From: Candidatus Undinarchaeota archaeon
GTDB lineage: Archaea; SpSt-1190
Direction of reading: 5' to 3'
Length of the DNA: 24,271 nt
Assembly (NCBI GenBank): GCA_964449215.1
Contig: CAYVAH010000007.1
Location: forward strand, 1-24,271
The notes beneath the pieces are model-generated. The model saw only the letters and a program-made list of their open reading frames with translations. It was not told the DNA's origin and ran no database searches. Position numbers and translations under genes: made by a program. Of the stretch, positions 21,896 through 24,271 are shown piece after piece; within the stretch, counting starts at the first letter, position 1; each line of letters opens with the position of its first letter.

Positions 21896-24271
21896 CTATC
21901 GCCTCCTGTACTGCGGATAACCGGGATACGCAGGATACTGCGGAGCATAGTATGGAAGTCTCATACCGGGCTGGGTCCCATACCGGAAGGGCCGGGCCTT
22001 CTTCGGAACAAGAATCTTGAAGAAGAACAGCAGGGTCGCCCCTACAAACGTCACCAGCTGTGCGAAGTCATAGAGCCCATACAGGGGCGTTGATTTGAAC
22101 CGCGTCAGGATGCTCTCCCAGGGGGTCAGGCTCTTCACGTGAACCCGGACTTCACCGGCCTCTATGTCACCCTGGGAGGACTCAGCCAGAACCTTTATCT
22201 TCTTCTCACCAAGGGTCCGGGGAGTCACATCGAGGAAAACCTCCCGGACCTCATTCGGAGCCAGGTAAAGCTTCTGCGTCCCTCCCTTTATTTCAAGACC
22301 CTCCGCCTCCAAGTTGAGGTTGAATATCATGGGTGCATTGCCCTGATTCTCAACGGACATTCTCAACCTCCCAGACTCCCCAAGCCGGAGCACAGGAACC
22401 GTGTCAGTGCTAACCTTTATTTCACATTCACAGTCGGGGCTGTTATCGCAGGTCTCCCCGAGAATCACATCGCATTTCCCGTTCCCGGCACATTCACTCA
22501 CCGAGCAATCGGAAGTGCAGAAAGAACACTCACCCGACTCACACAGCCCATTACCGCAGGCGGAAGCTACACAACCCCAAATATCTGCCATGAGTGAGGA
22601 GGGATCACAGTACTTCGCACCGCAGGAGCAGTCCTCGCTGTTCTCGCAGTTTTCTCCGAGCCCAGAACTGCAGGTTCCATCACCTGCACAGTCCTCTATG
22701 GAACAGTCCTGTGGGCAGGCAGAGCATTCACCTGGCTGGCAAACCCCATCCCCACAGCTCTCCGCCACTTTGCACACACCCCCGCTGCAGTAGAGCCCCC
22801 TGGAACAGCCTTCATCACAGGCACAGCTTTCACCCTCACCCCCCACGGGAACACAGGTCCCGGAACCATCGCATATTCCTGAGGAACAGGGAGTACCGCA
22901 TTTCAGATTCTCATAGACACAGGCACCTGACACGCACTTGCCCACCCTGCACTCGTTTGTGGAAAGGCAATCTGAGTCCGCCATGCAACCGGAACTGAAT
23001 ATCCCGGCGGAGGTGCACATATACCCCTCCACCACGTCCCCAACCTGATAATCAGCACCACAGAGCCTGCAGCTCTCATTCAGACAGAGCCCCGAAAGTC
23101 CCCGGCAGAACTGCTCCTTTGCCATGCCCCACCCGTCATCTCCACAGTAGTAGGTCCCGGTGGTCGTGAGTGTTGAGGAACAGAGGTTGGCTTCGCCGCA
23201 GGTGAGCCATTCACCCGAGGAACATAGTGACCCCCCGGAGCTGTATCCAGTGTCAAAGCAGCCATCATCCCAGCACTGACCTTCAGCACAGCAACCGGCA
23301 CTCCCACCATACTCCAGATAGCTCTCACCCTGGAATTTCTGGTTCTGCACCCACGCCCCACCAAAGCAGTAATACTGCTCCCCGCTGAGGTCGGCTTCCT
23401 TGCATGGGGTATCACATACCTGCAAGCCGGAGCTTCCATCACAGAGCTCCGTGTCACTAACCAGAAACTCATCACTGGCATCATCACCACAGCAGTTTTT
23501 CTCCCCGCCAAGGGCGACCCAGGTGCCCCCACAGCTCTCGCAGGTGCTCTGATAAAGGTCACCCTGCTGGGCGCAGACCTTGTCCTGCCAGCCACTGTCC
23601 GTGCACACAAAGGTTGTGGCTCCGACCACCACTTCCTCACCCACAGTGCTGCATTTCTTCCACTCGCTTCCGGTGCTCAGGTAGTAGCTGAGCAAAATCT
23701 CGCCACCATTCAGGGAAGCCCTGCTCCACTCAGAGCCATCACAAAGTGCCTGGTCACCACCCAGGTCCACCAGGGAGCTCGAGGAAGATGAAAGACAGCA
23801 CCTGAACCCCTGAAGCACCGTGCCATCCTGCCACACCCCACCGATATGCTCGCAGGCCCCCGGACAAGAGGCATTCGCTTCCCCAGCACCCACCCATTTT
23901 CCACCCAAAGCAAAATACTGATTGTTGAGAGCCGAGGAACAATCTGGAGAGGCTTCACTCCATACCCCTGAGGAACACACATACTTGTCATCCTCCTCAA
24001 GGGTCCCCGAACTGACACAGGACAGGCCGTTCCAGCACTGGTCTGAAGGACAGCAGGCCTTTGAACCACCCCAGGAGGAAACACAGTTCCCCGAGCAACA
24101 ATTTTTGTAGTATGTGCATGGCTGTGCAGTCTGATTGCACTGCCAGGACCACGAACCGCTCTGGCACTTGTAATCTCCGCCACCATGAGTCACCACACTG
24201 TCCTGCGGCCTGCACTTGCCACCATAGGCACAGTCCGTCCCGGAAGAACAGCACGCCGAAGTCGAATCAAG
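21896..24271 (-). CDS. Large cysteine-rich, C-terminally membrane-anchored surface protein, 5'-truncated by window edge
   Basis: The frame stays open from 24196 to the window end (LDSTSACCSSGTDC...). Many CC/CxxGxW modules and CGDGVC..GE.C..CP.DC repeats, a CARDB/Ig-like domain (LRMSVENQGN...LYLAPNEVREV), a hydrophobic helix (FAQLVTFVGATLLFFF) followed by KK, and a P/Y-rich tail. Confidence 0.88.
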   Translation of the reverse strand, partial: LDSTSACCSSGTDCAYGGKCRPQDSVVTHGGGDYKCQSGSWSWQCNQTAQPCTYYKNCCSGNCVSSWGGSKACCPSDQCWNGLSCVSSGTLEEDDKYVCSSGVWSEASPDCSSALNNQYFALGGKWVGAGEANASCPGACEHIGGVWQDGTVLQGFRCCLSSSSSSLVDLGGDQALCDGSEWSRASLNGGEILLSYYLSTGSEWKKCSTVGEEVVVGATTFVCTDSGWQDKVCAQQGDLYQSTCESCGGTWVALGGEKNCCGDDASDEFLVSDTELCDGSSGLQVCDTPCKEADLSGEQYYCFGGAWVQNQKFQGESYLEYGGSAGCCAEGQCWDDGCFDTGYSSGGSLCSSGEWLTCGEANLCSSTLTTTGTYYCGDDGWGMAKEQFCRGLSGLCLNESCRLCGADYQVGDVVEGYMCTSAGIFSSGCMADSDCLSTNECRVGKCVSGACVYENLKCGTPCSSGICDGSGTCVPVGGEGESCACDEGCSRGLYCSGGVCKVAESCGDGVCQPGECSACPQDCSIEDCAGDGTCSSGLGENCENSEDCSCGAKYCDPSSLMADIWGCVASACGNGLCESGECSFCTSDCSVSECAGNGKCDVILGETCDNSPDCECEIKVSTDTVPVLRLGESGRLRMSVENQGNAPMIFNLNLEAEGLEIKGGTQKLYLAPNEVREVFLDVTPRTLGEKKIKVLAESSQGDIEAGEVRVHVKSLTPWESILTRFKSTPLYGLYDFAQLVTFVGATLLFFFKILVPKKARPFRYGTQPGMRLPYYAPQYPAYPGYPQYRRR

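Overview
Archaeal chromosomal window, probably from a small-genome DPANN-like lineage. This taxonomy is inferred from compact housekeeping proteins, a large Cys-rich surface protein and mostly leaderless TATA promoters. Left to right it holds: an orphan CDS running off the left edge, a stand-alone Lrp/AsnC ligand-binding protein, DUF424, Xaa-Pro peptidase, a shortened Nmd3, YchF, Trm1, a TrmB(L2-like) regulator, a RelE-type toxin-antitoxin pair, RNase HI, ftsZ (FtsZ2-type), gatD, four tandem class-III-signal-peptide type IV pilins, ppsA, two orphan paralogues, apgM, eno, a short alpha-glucan phosphorylase, two more orphans, hicB-hicA, tRNA-Arg(CCT), yjbQ and a Cys-rich membrane-anchored protein running off the right edge. 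Four signals stand out. (i) A 66-nt tRNA-like, D-arm-less derivative lies 80 nt downstream of tRNA-Arg, within a repeated motif architecture that also brackets hicBA. (ii) The pilin array has mosaic, partly identical 5' DNA and divergent heads, suggesting gene conversion. (iii) A structured non-coding segment and a 13-bp direct repeat lie upstream of ftsZ2 where cdrS would often be expected. (iv) There is an apparently lineage-specific orphan protein family. All comparisons were done by eye; no database searches were run.
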